Notes: a model not told the origin generated them from the letters alone. DNA of 64,000 nt from an uncultured Planctomycetota bacterium (GCA_963845755.1 CAWJTV010000011.1:704001-768000), one strand, 5' to 3'; positions 1-11,863 are shown, counted from the stretch's first letter. Numbers and translations are program-made.

Positions 1-155
1 GTCAACCGGCGGCGCCTACCGGCACCGGGACGGGACCAAAGGGCATTGCCTCATCCCGTGTTGCATCACCATCCAAATGGGCAGCGGCTCACAGCGCGCC
101 AGCCGTCGCCGGGTCGAGGAACGCCGGCTGGCCGGCTCAGCCGGCAGCCGGGGGA

Positions 156-1736
156 GTGGCGGCGCGTCGGGCGGCGGGCGATCCCGCGGTGCGGCGGACT
201 CAGATTGCCGGGGCGGCGATGACCCAGCCGCTGGGGCCGGGTGTGATGCCGCTGGCTCCGCCCTCGAGCGATCTGTCGGCCATCGCCACGACGTCGCCGC
301 TGGGCGGCCAGTCGTTGAGTCTCCAGGCGGCCATGTACGGTGCCTTGACCGGCAACCCCGACCTGGTGACGCTCCGCCAGGGGAACCCACTGGCTGCCTC
401 CGCCGAGGCCGTAGAGGTCGCGCGCCACTTCCCCACCACGCTCAACCCCACGCTCTGGATCGACTTCCGGCCGATCACCCTGATCCCGGCCACAGAGGCA
501 ATTCCACCGACCGGCATTAGCAAGGGTAGCGGCCATAGCTTCTACCACTTCGGCCAGGATCTGATCTATCTCTCGCTGCGGCAACCGATTGAGCTGGGGC
601 ATCAGACCACCCACCGCTACCACATCGCGCAGGCCGCCTACGACCAGCAGAGGTGGAACGTCTTGCAGGCCGAGCTGACCGCGCTGGTCCAGACCTACCG
701 GTTCTTCCAGACGGCGGCTTACCGCCGCGAGCGGTTTCGGCTGGCCCAGCAGTTGGCCGACTTCAACGACCGGCTGCTCGCAACGCTTCGGCGCCAGCTC
801 GAAGCGAGTCAGCCGGGGGTGACCGTGGCGGATGTCGCCCTGGCGCGCATCGAGAGCCAGGGGACGCGCCAGCAGGTCAAGGCGGCGCGGCAGGACTACC
901 TGACGGCCCTGGGCGACCTCCGCAACCAGATCGGCATCTCCGAAGAGGCCGGGATGGTCGAACCGTTCGGCGAGTTCACGCTGCCCCAATACATCCCGCC
1001 GGTCGACGAGCAGTCCATGATCGAGACGGCCCTGGCCAACCGGCCCGACATCCACGCCGCGCAGGCCCAGGTGGCCGGGACCCAGTCGGCGGTCCGCCTG
1101 GCACAGGGCGATCGCATCCCGACGCCGGTGATCGGGCCGCAATATGAGATGGACGAGGCGGGCGTCCAGTACGTCGGCATGGTCTTCATCTCGCAGTTGC
1201 CGATCTGGAACAACGGCAAACCGCTGGTCCACCAGCGCCAGGCCGAACACCAGCGCGCGCTGGTGGCCGTCTACCAAGCTCAGCAGCGCGCCGTGGCGCA
1301 GGTCCGGGCGGCCGTGGCCCGCTGGAACGGCGCCACCGACCTGGTCAACGACTCCTCCGGCCTGAGCGTGGAGCTCGGCAAGGAAGTCGCCGCGCTGGAG
1401 CGGCTCTTCGAGCTGCGCCAGGCCGACTTGACCCGGCTGATGCAGGCGCGCCAGCGGCTGATCCAACTGGAGAACTCCCGCCTCGACGCCGTCTGGGCGG
1501 CCACCCAGGCCCAGTCCGACCTGCTGCTGGCCCTGGGCGCCCCGTCCCTCATCCACGCCATGCTCAGCCAGGCGCAGCGCGACGCGGCCCCCGGAGGCGC
1601 GACGCCGGCCCCGCCGACTGCGCCTTCCGCCTCATCGACGCCACCCGCACCGAACCCCACTGCACCGCGCAACGGCACGGCCACCGCGACCCTCGCTCCC
1701 GCCGTGAGCGCGCCGAACGCCGCCGTCCGCCGTTAA
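156..1736 (+). CDS. TolC-family outer membrane efflux protein; the frame is open to the left edge, so the true start may be upstream
   Basis: Two OEP-like halves (LRQPIELG..., ALANRPDIHAAQAQV..., QLPIWNNGK) with helical Q/A-rich segments; Pro/Ala-rich tail. Confidence 0.8.
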   Translation: MAARRAAGDPAVRRTQIAGAAMTQPLGPGVMPLAPPSSDLSAIATTSPLGGQSLSLQAAMYGALTGNPDLVTLRQGNPLAASAEAVEVARHFPTTLNPTLWIDFRPITLIPATEAIPPTGISKGSGHSFYHFGQDLIYLSLRQPIELGHQTTHRYHIAQAAYDQQRWNVLQAELTALVQTYRFFQTAAYRRERFRLAQQLADFNDRLLATLRRQLEASQPGVTVADVALARIESQGTRQQVKAARQDYLTALGDLRNQIGISEEAGMVEPFGEFTLPQYIPPVDEQSMIETALANRPDIHAAQAQVAGTQSAVRLAQGDRIPTPVIGPQYEMDEAGVQYVGMVFISQLPIWNNGKPLVHQRQAEHQRALVAVYQAQQRAVAQVRAAVARWNGATDLVNDSSGLSVELGKEVAALERLFELRQADLTRLMQARQRLIQLENSRLDAVWAATQAQSDLLLALGAPSLIHAMLSQAQRDAAPGGATPAPPTAPSASSTPPAPNPTAPRNGTATATLAPAVSAPNAAVRR

Positions 1737-1772
1737 CAAGCATCTCCAAGAGGTCGGCTGGCCCTCGTCTCC

Positions 1773-2057
1773 TCAATCCTCGGGCCAGGTCGCCGCGCGG
1801 CGGATCCAGCCGATCATCCGTTCGCCGGCCGTGCAGAGGCCGAAGCCCAGGAGGCCCAGGACCATGGCCGTCGCCACGAAGGCCAGGGTGCCGGCGATCC
1901 ACATCAGGACCGCCAGGACCAATCGTCCGATGAACGGGTCGAGCAAGACCCACATCCAGGTCGCCACCAGCGCGACGGCGAGCATCAGACTCCGGATCCG
2001 GAACCGGCGTCGTCGTCGTTGAAGCTCGCCAGCGACTGATGGCCGTGTTTGATCCAT
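1773..2057 (-). CDS. small membrane protein with an RFRIRSLM-type N-terminus
   Basis: Arg-rich leader followed by 2-3 hydrophobic helices. Confidence 0.6.
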   Translation of the reverse strand: MDQTRPSVAGELQRRRRRFRIRSLMLAVALVATWMWVLLDPFIGRLVLAVLMWIAGTLAFVATAMVLGLLGFGLCTAGERMIGWIRRAATWPED

Positions 2058-2103
2058 GGAGCGGGTTCGATGATAGAAGGCTGAACACTCAACATTAAAA
2101 ACA

Positions 2104-2604
2104 TCAATCCATCAGAAACCGTCCGGGTTCGGCGTCTTCATGACGGATCTCGTCAACCGGTTCGGTCTTGCCCCAACCGGCATAGAGGCGGTTGGGCGCG
2201 TTGAAGACCAGGCCCGGGACGTCGCCGACATTGCGGTAGGCGTGCACGACGCCCGGCGGGATCCAGACCGCCATGGGGTTCGACGCGCCGACCTCGACCA
2301 CCCAACGATGGCCACGGGTCGGGCTGTCTGCCCGGGTGTCCCAGAGGAACAGCCGGAAGTCGGAAGGGCCCAGGAACGCGAATCCGTCGGTCTGATCGAA
2401 ATGCTCGTGCGGCCCGCGCGTCACGCCCGGCAGGGTCGCCGACACGTACGTCATCGCCGGCCAACGGGACTCCGCCAGTTCATCCTGACGGAACAACTCG
2501 ACCAGCCAGCCGCGGGCATCGTGATGGAATCGCAGCGGGCGCATGGTTACTCCATCGATCTCTCCATCGAAGAATGCAGGAACCATCTCGACCCTGGATT
2601 CCAT
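2104..2604 (-). CDS. dTDP-4-dehydrorhamnose 3,5-epimerase (RmlC-like cupin) family protein
   Basis: DARGWLVELFR, PGVTRGPHEH, WDTRADSPT and IPPGVVHAY motifs; start placed at ATG 2604 (the ORF track extends to 2646). Confidence 0.85.
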   Translation of the reverse strand: MESRVEMVPAFFDGEIDGVTMRPLRFHHDARGWLVELFRQDELAESRWPAMTYVSATLPGVTRGPHEHFDQTDGFAFLGPSDFRLFLWDTRADSPTRGHRWVVEVGASNPMAVWIPPGVVHAYRNVGDVPGLVFNAPNRLYAGWGKTEPVDEIRHEDAEPGRFLMD

Positions 2605-2974
2605 CACAGCCGAGCCGCCGATCTGCCAGAATCCCTTCATGGCCACTCTCCTTTATTGTGAACTCCTCGGGTTCCGGAGCGGTCTGACTCCAGCGGAATC
2701 GGGATTTTCCCCGTGGGTGTCTCCCGCCAACCCGCAGTCATCCGTGCTCTGCCGGCGGGATCCGGCACGCTGTGCCCTCCCGGACCACGTTCCCGCAAAC
2801 CGAGGCGCCTCGATGCATTATAATCGGCAACGGGTTTCCCGGGAGAGGAACTCCTGCCGTGCGTCCACCCAGGCCGTGCGGGCCAATTGACAGCGAATGA
2901 TTTATCTGCCTAGACTGAGTCAGCGCATGCTAAAACCTTATGCAGGCGATGTCCTGTTGCCAGGAGGACCAGGC

Positions 2975-4366
2975 GTGGCCGATAAGCCCTGGAGTGGCCG
3001 GTTCGCTCAGAAGACTGACCGGCGCGTTGAGGCGTTCACAGAGTCGATCTCCTTCGACCATCGACTTTTCAAGCAAGATATCCGCGGTTCGATCGCCCAT
3101 GCGCACATGCTCCAACAGGTTGGGTTGTTAACTCACGACGAATGCCGGCAAATTGAGCGGGTACTGTCAGAAATCCAGGCTGACATCGAGGAAGGGCGAT
3201 TTGCGTTCGTCCTGGAGCGCGAAGACGTCCACATGCACATCGAGGCGGCGCTCGTCGAGAAACTGGGTGACACCGGTCGGAAGCTGCACATGGCGCGGAG
3301 CCGCAACGATCAGGTCGCGACGGGCGTGAAGCTCTGGGTTCGTGAGGCAATCGACCGGGTCGACCGCGGTCTGATCGGGCTTCAACGCGCCCTGGTGTCC
3401 GCGGGCTTACGACATCGCATGCTGATCCTGCCGGGCTACACGCACATGCAGCGGGCCCAGCCGGTCCTGGCTCCTCATTACTTCCTGGCCTATGTCGAGA
3501 AGCTGGAGCGGGATCGGTCACGGCTGGCGGATTGCCGCAAACGGCTGAACGTCCTGCCGCTGGGTGCCGCGGCGCTGGCCGGCACCAGCCTGCCGATCGA
3601 TCGTGAATTCGTCGCGCGGGAATTGGATTTTGAAAGCGTCGCGGCCAACAGCCTGGATGTTTCGAGCGATCGGGATTTCGCGATCGAGTCCGTGTTCGTG
3701 CTGACGATGATCGCCGAGCACCTCGCCGGCTGGGCCGAGGAGTGGATTCTCTGGAGCACCCAGGAGTTCGGGTTCCTGGCCCTGCCCGACGCGATTTGCA
3801 CCGGCAGCAGCATCATGCCTCAGAAGAAGAACCCGGATGTCCTGGAATTGATCCGCGGCCGCGCGGCGCGGGTCATCGGCAGCCTGACGACGCTCCTGGT
3901 CCTGATCAAGGGCTTGCCCCTGGCCTATAACCGCGACTTGCAGGAGGACAAGGAGCCGTTGTTCGACGCGTTCGATACCGTGGAAGCCTGCCTGGAGCTG
4001 GCGGCTGTCGTGGTGGAGGGCGCATCGCTCCGCAGCGATCGGATCGCCGGGCGGCTCGACGAAGGCTTTCTCGACGCGACCACGTTGATGGAATACTTGA
4101 TCCGACAAGGCGTCCCCCAGCGCACGGCGCACGAGGCGATCGGTCGCCTGGTCGGCCTCTGCGAGCGCCGGGGGCTCAAACGCCTGGCCGACCTGACCGA
4201 CGCCGAGTTGGTCGAGGCGCATCCCCAGCTCGGCACCGAGGCGCGCGGGGTGCTCGGGGTCGAGAACGCCATCAAGGCGTTTCAGTCATACGGCTCGACG
4301 GCGCCGGCGGAGGTGGAGAGGCAGTTGGAAGGTTGGAAACGCCGCTTGGAGACCCGAACTGAATGA
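2975..4366 (+). CDS. argH: argininosuccinate lyase
   Basis: WSGRF N-terminus, RSRNDQVAT, PGYTHMQRAQP and the GSSIMPQKKNPD signature; GTG 2975 preceded by GGAGG. Confidence 0.97.
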   Translation: MADKPWSGRFAQKTDRRVEAFTESISFDHRLFKQDIRGSIAHAHMLQQVGLLTHDECRQIERVLSEIQADIEEGRFAFVLEREDVHMHIEAALVEKLGDTGRKLHMARSRNDQVATGVKLWVREAIDRVDRGLIGLQRALVSAGLRHRMLILPGYTHMQRAQPVLAPHYFLAYVEKLERDRSRLADCRKRLNVLPLGAAALAGTSLPIDREFVARELDFESVAANSLDVSSDRDFAIESVFVLTMIAEHLAGWAEEWILWSTQEFGFLALPDAICTGSSIMPQKKNPDVLELIRGRAARVIGSLTTLLVLIKGLPLAYNRDLQEDKEPLFDAFDTVEACLELAAVVVEGASLRSDRIAGRLDEGFLDATTLMEYLIRQGVPQRTAHEAIGRLVGLCERRGLKRLADLTDAELVEAHPQLGTEARGVLGVENAIKAFQSYGSTAPAEVERQLEGWKRRLETRTE

Positions 4367-4511
4367 TGCTGGAGTTCCGCCTTCAGGCGGTCCGAATGAA
4401 CCGATCCCGGCGGTCGCTCCAAGGTGGCGCGATGGCCGACTTCGTCCTTCCGTGGCAAGTCGAGGCGCGGCTTGTTGTTGATGCCACACTTGCCAATCAA
4501 GGAGCTCCTCC

Positions 4512-4745
4512 ATGACTACGGATCCGATCTCACTCACCCCAGTCGAATCCCAGTTGCTGCATTCCATGGCACAACAGACCGGGAGGAGTGAAAACGAGTT
4601 GCTCCACGAGGCCTTGGATCTTCTCCAAGCCAAGGTCGATCTCGAGAAACGCCGGTCTCAGCTTCGAGGTGCCCGCGGCATGTGGAGGGATCGCGACGAC
4701 TTGCCCAACCTGGCGGACCTTCGAAATGAGATGAATCGGGGATGA
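4512..4745 (+). CDS. CopG/ribbon-helix-helix antitoxin (VapB-like)
   Basis: 77 aa with TGRSENELLHEAL and GMWRDRDDLP; directly upstream of a PIN toxin. Confidence 0.75.
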   Translation: MTTDPISLTPVESQLLHSMAQQTGRSENELLHEALDLLQAKVDLEKRRSQLRGARGMWRDRDDLPNLADLRNEMNRG

Positions 4746-4761
4746 GCGAGGCCGGTGCCGT

Positions 4762-5148
4762 ATGTCAACTCGACTCATGATAGATACCGACGTTCTGATC
4801 GACTATCTCCGCGACCAACCTGATGCCGTGACTTATCTTGAGAGTTTGACCGGGCCTCTCTTGATGTCCGTCATCACGCTGGCCGAGTTGTATGCCGGTG
4901 TTCGGGAGGGTGGCGAACGCACACGACTTGATCAATTCGTCCAAGCCTTTCAGTTGGTACCGGTAGACGGGGGAATCGCCCAGAAAGGGGGACTGTATCG
5001 CAGGGATTATCTCCCGAGCCACAACGTGGGACTCGCCGACGCACTCATCGCGGCCACGGCCGAAAGCGAACAAGCGACATTGGTAACGCTTAATCAAAAG
5101 CACTTTCCGATGCTAGGCCAGTTATTCGTGCCTTACCGGAAGCCTTAA
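4762..5148 (+). CDS. vapC: VapC-family PIN-domain toxin
   Basis: IDTDVLIDYLR, ITLAELYAG, LADALIAATA and LVTLNQKHF PIN motifs. Confidence 0.92.
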   Translation: MSTRLMIDTDVLIDYLRDQPDAVTYLESLTGPLLMSVITLAELYAGVREGGERTRLDQFVQAFQLVPVDGGIAQKGGLYRRDYLPSHNVGLADALIAATAESEQATLVTLNQKHFPMLGQLFVPYRKP

Positions 5149-5222
5149 CGTTAGCCCAGCTGTTCCCGGCCGGCCGGCGAATCCGGCCTTGCCTAACCGA
5201 CCGAAAAGGACCCCGAGGACCC

Positions 5223-6516
5223 ATGGAACCCTACCGCTACCGCGACGGACAACTGTACTGCGAGGACACACCGGCGACCGATCTAGCGCAGCGGTTCGGC
5301 ACGCCGCTGTATGTCTACAGCCAGGCGGCGATCCTGGGGACGCTCCGCGCCCTCCAGACCGCCTATGCCGAGGTCGATCCCCTGGTGTGCTACTCGGTGA
5401 AAGCCAACTCGAACCTGGGCATCCTCAAGGTGATGGCCGAGCACGGCAGCGGGTTCGACGTGGTCTCGGGCGGCGAACTGTACCGCGTGGGCCTGGCCGG
5501 CGGCGCGCCGGACAAGACCGTGTTTGCCGGCGTGGGCAAGACCGACGAGGAGATCCGCGCCGGGCTCGAGGCCGGCGTCTTGATGTTCAACGTCGAGAGC
5601 GAGGCCGAGCTCGACGCCGTCGCCCGAGTGGCCGCCACGATCGGCAAAGTCGCGCCGATCGCGCTGCGCGTCAATCCCGACGTCGACCCCCAGACTCACC
5701 GATACATCTCGACCGGCAAGAAGGAGTCGAAGTTCGGCATGGACATCGCGCGGGCCGAACGGGTCGCGCAGGCCGCCGTCGCGATCCCTTCGATCCGCAT
5801 GATCGGCATGCACATGCATATCGGATCGCAGATCACCTCGACCGAGCCTTATGCCGGCGCCGTGGCCAAAGGGGTCGAGCTGATCGGCCGGTTGCGCGAA
5901 ACTGGGTCATCCGATCGCGTGGTACAACATGGGGGGCGGCTATGGGATCAACTATAAAGGGCGCGAAGCCCGGCCGATCGAGGAGTTCGCAAGGGTGATT
6001 TTGCCGGGTATCAAGGCCGCCGGCTGCCGGCTGGCGATCGAGCCGGGTCGCGTGATCGCCGGGAATGCGGGCATCTTGCTCAGCCGTGTGTTATATACCA
6101 AGCAGTCGGGTGAGAAGCGGTTCCTGATTCAGGATGCCGCGATGAATGATTTGATCCGGCCGGCCTTGTACGAGTCGTATCACCGGATCTGGCCGGTGGT
6201 GCTGCCCGCGGGAGTGCCTCCGCCGCCGGAGGACGCCGAGTCCACCGCCGCGGTCGCCGGGACGGAGCCCTGGGATGTCGTCGGTCCGGTGTGCGAGAGC
6301 GGCGACTTCCTCGCCAAGGACCGCCCGCTGCCCCGGCTGGATTCCGGCGCCCTGATCGCCACCTTCTCCGCCGGCGCCTACGGAATGGTCATGGCGTCCA
6401 ACTACAATACCCGTCCCCGCGCCGCCGAGATCCTCGTCGATGGTCCGAACGCCCGATTGGTCCGCCGTCGCGAGACCCTCGAGGATCTCGTCCGCCACGA
6501 GGTGGGACTCTCCTGA
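5223..6516 (+). CDS. lysA: diaminopimelate decarboxylase, split by one extra A near 5899-5901 (probably a sequencing error)
   Basis: FGTPLYVYS, YSVKAN (PLP lysine), HMHIGSQI, EPGR, GPVCESGD and AGAYG..MASNYN; removing one A gives LRELGHPIAWYNMGGG. Confidence 0.95.
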
Positions 6517-6542
6517 CGCGGCCTCCGGCCGCAATACGAAGT

Positions 6543-6656
6543 GGAATTCGAGATTCCAAAAAACAAGATTCCAAGATTCAAGAAACCCGGAAACCGCTCC
6601 GCCTGGAATCGTGAATGTTCAATTTTGAATCTGGAATCTGGAATCTGGAATCGAGA
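6543..6656. repeat. heptamer-repeat arms (GATTCNA-type on the left, GAATCTG x3 on the right) in inverted orientation
   Basis: gattcca/gattcaa on the left and gaatctg gaatctg gaatctg gaatcga on the right. Confidence 0.7.
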
Positions 6657-6688
6657 CCCATCAACCACTGACCACCGGACCCTGACCC

Positions 6689-9395
6689 ATGCGATCCCAC
6701 TCAACGCCTCGTCGAGCCGTGGCCGTCCGATGGCTGACCGCGAGCCTTTCGGTCCTGATCGGGAGCGCGGTCATTTCGATCGTGCCCGGCTCGGGGTCAG
6801 GTTTGAGTTCCGCGGCCCTGGCCCAACAGGCGGATGCGACTCCCCCCGCCGAGGCCCAACCGAAGGGTGCGACTCCCGCAGCCGCGGCCCAACAGGCGGA
6901 TGCGACTCCCCCGGCCGCGGCCCAACCGACGGCTCCGGCTACGCCCCCGACCTCGGCCCCACCGAAGGGCCCCGTGCTCTTTCCCATCGAGCCGAGGACG
7001 GCCATGGAAACCTGGGATAAGATCGATACATTGATCCGCAGCGGCCATCCCGAATTGGCGGTGCCGTATCTCGAGAAGTTCCTGAAGAACCCGCTGGACG
7101 ACGCCACCTGGATGGCGATCGGCGACCGGTTCGGATTGGCTTCCTTGATGCGGCTGTCCGAGGACCCGGCCACCCGGCCCTTCGCCCAGCCGGTGACCCA
7201 GGCGTTCGTGGCGGCTTCGCGGCGGCAGGCGGCGAAGAATCCCTCGCGGGCGAGCGAGCCGCCGGGGCCTGAACTGTTCGCCAAGGAGCCGCAAACGCCG
7301 ATCGAGCTCTGGGAAGCCGCCGACTATCTGATCCGCACCGGTCAGGCCCGGAAGGCGGTGCCGTATCTGGAGAAGTTCCAGAAGAGTCAGCCCGATGACG
7401 CAACGTTGGTCGCGGTCCGGGAGCGGTATGGCCCGGGGTCGTTCCTGCGACTGGATCAGGATCCGGGGACACAGCCGTTCGCGAAGCCGCTGATCGACGC
7501 CCTGACGGTAGCCTCGCGACGGCATGCAACCCGGCCGGATCGGATCGCCCGGTCGATCGCCGAGCTGACGAGTTCTCCCGAGGAGCAAGACTACGCCGTC
7601 CGCCGGCTTCGGGAGGCGGGTCCTTATGCGGTGCCGTACGTGATCGAGGCGCTGCGGCGGCCGGGGCTGTCGCGGCGGGATCACGACTTGCTGGTGAAGA
7701 ACCTGGGCCGGCTGGATTTCTCGGCCGTCCCGGTGCTGGGCGCCGTGCTCGAAAGCCCCGAACCCGCCCTGGCGACCGATGCGGCCACGGCGATGGGCTC
7801 GATCGGCGATCGGGAGGCCGTGCCGCTCCTGACGTACCCGGCGGCCGCTCCGGGTGTGGCTCCGGCCCTGCGGGCCGCCTCGCAGGCGGCGGTCGCCCGA
7901 TTGATCGGACGACCGTTTGGTGACCAGCCGCGCACCCCGGTCCAGGTCCTGACCGAGGCCGCCTGGAGCGAGCATCGACGCCGGCTCGACTTTCCCGAAG
8001 AGACCATCGTCGTCTGGGCATGGGACCCCGCGAAACACGCACCGGTGCCTCGCGAGGTGAACGCCGACGAGGCCCAGTCGATCCTCGGCCTGCGATTCGC
8101 GCGGGAAGCCTTGCGGCTGGACCCGAAGAACCGATCGGCGCAGGTCGCGCAGGTCAGCCTGGCCCTGGAGAAGGCGGTGCAAGGCGTCAATCCGGACGAG
8201 ACGCCGGCCAAGGATCCGGCCACTTTCGCCGCGGCGACCGCCGCCGGGCCCTCGCTGCTGGGCGAGGTGCTGGAGACCGCCATCGCCGACGGCAAGACCG
8301 ATCTGGCCGTCGTCGCGGTCCTCGCCCTGGCCAAGGTCACCGACGCTACGGCGCTCGCCGCGGGAGGCCGGACTCATCCCCTGGTCCGGGCCCTGACGGC
8401 GCCGGGACGGCGCACCCAGTTCGCCGCCGCCCGGTCGCTTGTCGAGCTGGCGCCCAAACGGCCGTTCGCCGGCTCCAGCCGCGTCGCACCCGTCCTCGCC
8501 CGGTTCATCATGAACCAGCCCCAGCCCCGCGCCGTGGTCATCGACGGCAACCCCAGCCGGGGCGGGGTGCTGGCGGGCTACCTCGGCAACCTCGGGTATC
8601 ATCCCGTCCTGGAGCGGACCGGCAACGAGGGCTTCCTCGCCGCCGCCGAAGCCGCCGACGTCGAGCTGATCGTCGTCAGCTATGACCTGTTCTACGGCGA
8701 CTGGAGGCTGACCGACACCCTGGCCAACCTCCAGGCCGATGCCCGCACCGCCGCGATCCCGCTGTACGTGTCGGGACCGTACGACCTGAGAATCACGCGG
8801 CCCAACCTGGAGCGGCGATTTCCCCGGAATCCGCTGGATCGTGCCCCCGCTGGACGCCGCGACGCTCGAGCAGGAGCTGAAGGACCGGCTGCCGCTGGTC
8901 TCGGGGCGCTCGGCCCCGACCACGGCCGCCGAACGTGTCCGGCTCGCTCGCGATGCGGGCCAGTTGCTGGCGCGGATCGCCGCCGATCCCAGGTCTCCGC
9001 TGGCCTCCGGACTGCTGACCATCGAACCGTCGCTGATCCTGGCCTTGACCTCAACCGAGACGGTACGTCCCGCGGCCGCCGTCCTCAGCGAGCTGCCCGA
9101 CCCGGACGCCCAGCGCGGCCTGGCCGACCTCCTGCTCGACCCCTCACAACCACCGGACCTCCGAACCCAGGTCGCCGCCATGCTGGTGCACAGCATCCGT
9201 CGCTTCAAGCCGCTGATCGTCGCTCGCCAGGAGGTCCGGCTCGCGGAGACGCTCGATCAGGAGATCGATCCCGGCGTCCGGTCCGGCGTGGCCGCCGTCC
9301 TGAACGCCCTGAAGTCGGCCGTTCCCCCGGCACCGCCCCAGTCACGGACCACGATCACGCCAGCTCGGCAGAAGTCAGTAGTCAGTAGTCAGTAG
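6689..9395 (+). CDS. exported HEAT-repeat protein with a receiver-like domain; one frameshift near 8822-8825
   Basis: Signal-peptide-like N-terminus, HEAT-like helices, RAVVIDGN...ELIVVS receiver-like segment; removing one C from tttccccgga joins ORFs 6689 and 8841. Confidence 0.75.
6821..6930 (+). repeat. 33-bp coding tandem repeat (AQ[QP]..[DG]ATP..A), three copies plus a partial
   Basis: gcccaac recurs at 6821, 6854, 6887 and 6920. Confidence 0.85.
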
Positions 9396-9507
9396 TCACT
9401 CAATGCATTGGACTTCGGGAGATCTTCGGTTGCTTGGGGCGGCCTCGTATTCGGTCAAGACCCTCGGGCTCAATGGTCTTAACTGACGACTGACGACTGA
9501 CTACTAA
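9373..9507. repeat. inverted heptamer arrays: AGTCAGT x3 and ACTGACG/ACTGACT x3
   Basis: agtcagt agtcagt agtcagt agtca versus actgacg actgacg actgact act. Confidence 0.8.
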
Positions 9508-9517
9508 GGAAGCGTCC

Positions 9518-10738
9518 ATGGCCCTAGAGCCGAGAACCGGCCCCGGCACTCCGGGACAACGACGCAGCGGCGAGGATTCCGCACTGCCGGGCATCATCGG
9601 CTCGAGTGCGGCCCTCCAGGAGGTGGTCAAGACCACCCGCCGCGTGGCGCCGTCGCGCGCCTGCGTCCTGATCGTCGGCGAGACTGGCACGGGCAAGGAG
9701 CTGATCGCGCGCGCCATCCACGACCTCAGTCCCCGCTCCACCGGCCCGTACATCCGGGTCAACTGCGGCGCGCTGACCGAGAGCCTGCTCGAAAGCGAGC
9801 TGTTCGGTCACGTCAAGGGTTCGTTCACCGGCGCGGTTGACAATCGAACGGGCCGGTTCGAGGCGGCCCATGCCGGCAGCATCTTCCTCGACGAGATCAA
9901 CAGTACCTCGCCCAAGCTCCAGGTGAAGCTGCTCCGCGTCTTGCAGGAAGGCGAGTTCGAACGGGTCGGCGACAACAACACCAAGAAGGTCGACACCCGG
10001 ATCATCGCCGCGACGAATCGCGACTTGCTCGAGGAGATCGAGGCCGGCCGGTTCCGGGAAGACCTGTACTACCGGCTCAACGTGGTGCCGATCTACCTGG
10101 CCCCGCTGCGCAAGCGCCGGGACGACATCGAACCCCTGGTGAACTTTTTCCTCAACCGCTACGCGGAGCAAAACCGGCGGGATATGAGGAAGGTCCACGC
10201 GGAGGCGATGCGGCTGTTGCGCGAGCACGACTGGCCGGGGAATGTGCGGGAGCTTCAGAACTACGTCGAAAGGGCGGTGATCCTCGGCATGGGCCCGGAG
10301 CTGACGGTCGAGCACTTGCCGCCGCAGTTACGGGGCCAGAGCGTGCCGCGTCCGATCCGGTCGCGAGGCATCGGCACCGACCTGGCTGGGCTCACCGCCG
10401 AGCTGGTCCGCTCGGGAGTCCGGGCCGCCGGGCCAGCCGCCAACGACCTGTACGACCGGATCGTCGGCCGGGTCGAGCGCGAGCTGATCGAGCAGGTCCT
10501 CCAGACCTGCGACCGCGTCCAGATCAAGGCCGCCGCCCGGCTGGGCATCAACCGCAACACCCTGCACAAGAAGCTCTCCGAATTCCGTCTGGATGACACT
10601 GCGGCCGCGCCGGCCGGCTCGTCTTCCGACAACGGCGATTTCCGCGACTCCGACGACGACGATCCGAACCCCGATCGCGATTCACCCCGACCCGGAGCCG
10701 AACTCCCGGCGCCGGCCCCGCCCATCGACGAGTATTAG
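9518..10738 (+). CDS. sigma-54-dependent Fis-family enhancer-binding protein with no N-terminal sensor domain
   Basis: [11 protein letters not shown]alker [40 protein letters not shown] and a C-terminal [15 protein letters not shown]. Confidence 0.95.
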   Translation: MALEPRTGPGTPGQRRSGEDSALPGIIGSSAALQEVVKTTRRVAPSRACVLIVGETGTGKELIARAIHDLSPRSTGPYIRVNCGALTESLLESELFGHVKGSFTGAVDNRTGRFEAAHAGSIFLDEINSTSPKLQVKLLRVLQEGEFERVGDNNTKKVDTRIIAATNRDLLEEIEAGRFREDLYYRLNVVPIYLAPLRKRRDDIEPLVNFFLNRYAEQNRRDMRKVHAEAMRLLREHDWPGNVRELQNYVERAVILGMGPELTVEHLPPQLRGQSVPRPIRSRGIGTDLAGLTAELVRSGVRAAGPAANDLYDRIVGRVERELIEQVLQTCDRVQIKAAARLGINRNTLHKKLSEFRLDDTAAAPAGSSSDNGDFRDSDDDDPNPDRDSPRPGAELPAPAPPIDEY

Positions 10739-10792
10739 CCGGCATGTCTGACCGCAGAGACCGCAAACCGACGTGGAACATGATCGAACTCA

Positions 10793-10858
10793 TTCACAAG
10801 ACACAGAGAGCACAGAGAAGACCGGGCATTTCTGACTTCTCTGTGCCTCTGTGGTGAG
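10793..10858. repeat. CACAGAG-type inverted-repeat (REP-like) element
   Basis: acacagagagcacagagaag ... cttctctgtgcctctgtggtga; related sequence at 18930-18958 and 57596-57864. Confidence 0.75.
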
Positions 10859-10963
10859 GAATCCAGGTTGATCGTCCGTAGTCCTCGATGACGCGGCCTG
10901 TCAAGCACTGACCCGTGAGAACCGGGCGTCAGATCAAACAGGCGAGGGTGAAAGAGGAAGGCA

Positions 10964-11863
10964 ATGCACGACTCAACGGTCCAAGGATCAACCCTCGAGC
11001 TCGACCAACTCTACGACGGCGATTGCCTCGAGCTGTTCCGGCGGGTTGAAGATGGCTCGATCGACCTGATTTTCGCCGACCCGCCGTTCAATATCGGCTA
11101 TGATTACGATATCTACGACGACCGCCGCGATGCCCAGACGTATCTGGACTGGACTCTCGCCTGGGGTCGCGAGGTGGTTCGCGTGCTCAAGCCCACCGGC
11201 ACGTTCTGGCTGGCGATCGGCGACGAGTTCGCAGCCGAACTGAAGGTCCTGTTCCACCGCGAGCTGGGTCTATCGTTACGGAGCTGGGTGGTTTGGTACT
11301 ATACGTTTGGGGTCCACTGCACGAAGAAATTCACCCGGAGTCACGCCCACTTGTTCTACTTCGTGCGTGACCCCAAACGTTTTACTTTCAACGACCAGGC
11401 AGTCCGCGTCCCCTCGGCGCGGCAGTTGGTTTACTTCGATACGCGGGCCAACCCCGAGGGCCGCCTTCCGGACGATACCTGGATCCTCCGCCCGCAGGAC
11501 GTCCCGAACGGCTTCGGCCCCGAGAGCGATACCTGGTACGTCCCGCGGGTCTGCGGCACGTTCAAGGAGCGTGCCGGCTTCCACGGCTGCCAGATGCCCG
11601 AACAGCTTCTGGGCCGGATCCTCCGCTCCTGCTCGAATCCCGGCGAGGTCGTCCTCGACCCGTTCGGCGGCAGCGGCACGACGCTCGCTGTGGCCAAGAA
11701 GCTGCACCGCCACTTCCTCGGCTTCGAGCTCTCGCCCGACTACGCCGCGGCGATCCGAACCCGACTCGACGCCGCCAGGCCCGGCCAGGCGCTCGATGGC
11801 AGTCCCGAGCCCATGGCCGGGGGCAAAGGACGAGCGAAGCCCTCGAAGAATCGATCGGTCTGA
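10964..11863 (+). CDS. orphan N6-adenine/N4-cytosine DNA methyltransferase (beta class)
   Basis: Catalytic DPPF precedes the SAM-binding [11 protein letters not shown]; no adjacent endonuclease recognised. Confidence 0.92.
   Translation: MHDSTVQGSTLELDQLYDGDCLELFRRVEDGSIDLIFADPPFNIGYDYDIYDDRRDAQTYLDWTLAWGREVVRVLKPTGTFWLAIGDEFAAELKVLFHRELGLSLRSWVVWYYTFGVHCTKKFTRSHAHLFYFVRDPKRFTFNDQAVRVPSARQLVYFDTRANPEGRLPDDTWILRPQDVPNGFGPESDTWYVPRVCGTFKERAGFHGCQMPEQLLGRILRSCSNPGEVVLDPFGGSGTTLAVAKKLHRHFLGFELSPDYAAAIRTRLDAARPGQALDGSPEPMAGGKGRAKPSKNRSV

Noticed and set aside
5890..5935. Programmed frameshift in lysA
   Set aside because: No slippery heptamer, and similar indels occur throughout the window, so error is more likely.
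6797..9208. Long antisense ORFs (also 66-1556, 21175-23031, 26012-27985, 28434-29948, 35488-36945, 56394-57797)
   Set aside because: Shadow frames of high-GC genes with no recognisable motifs.
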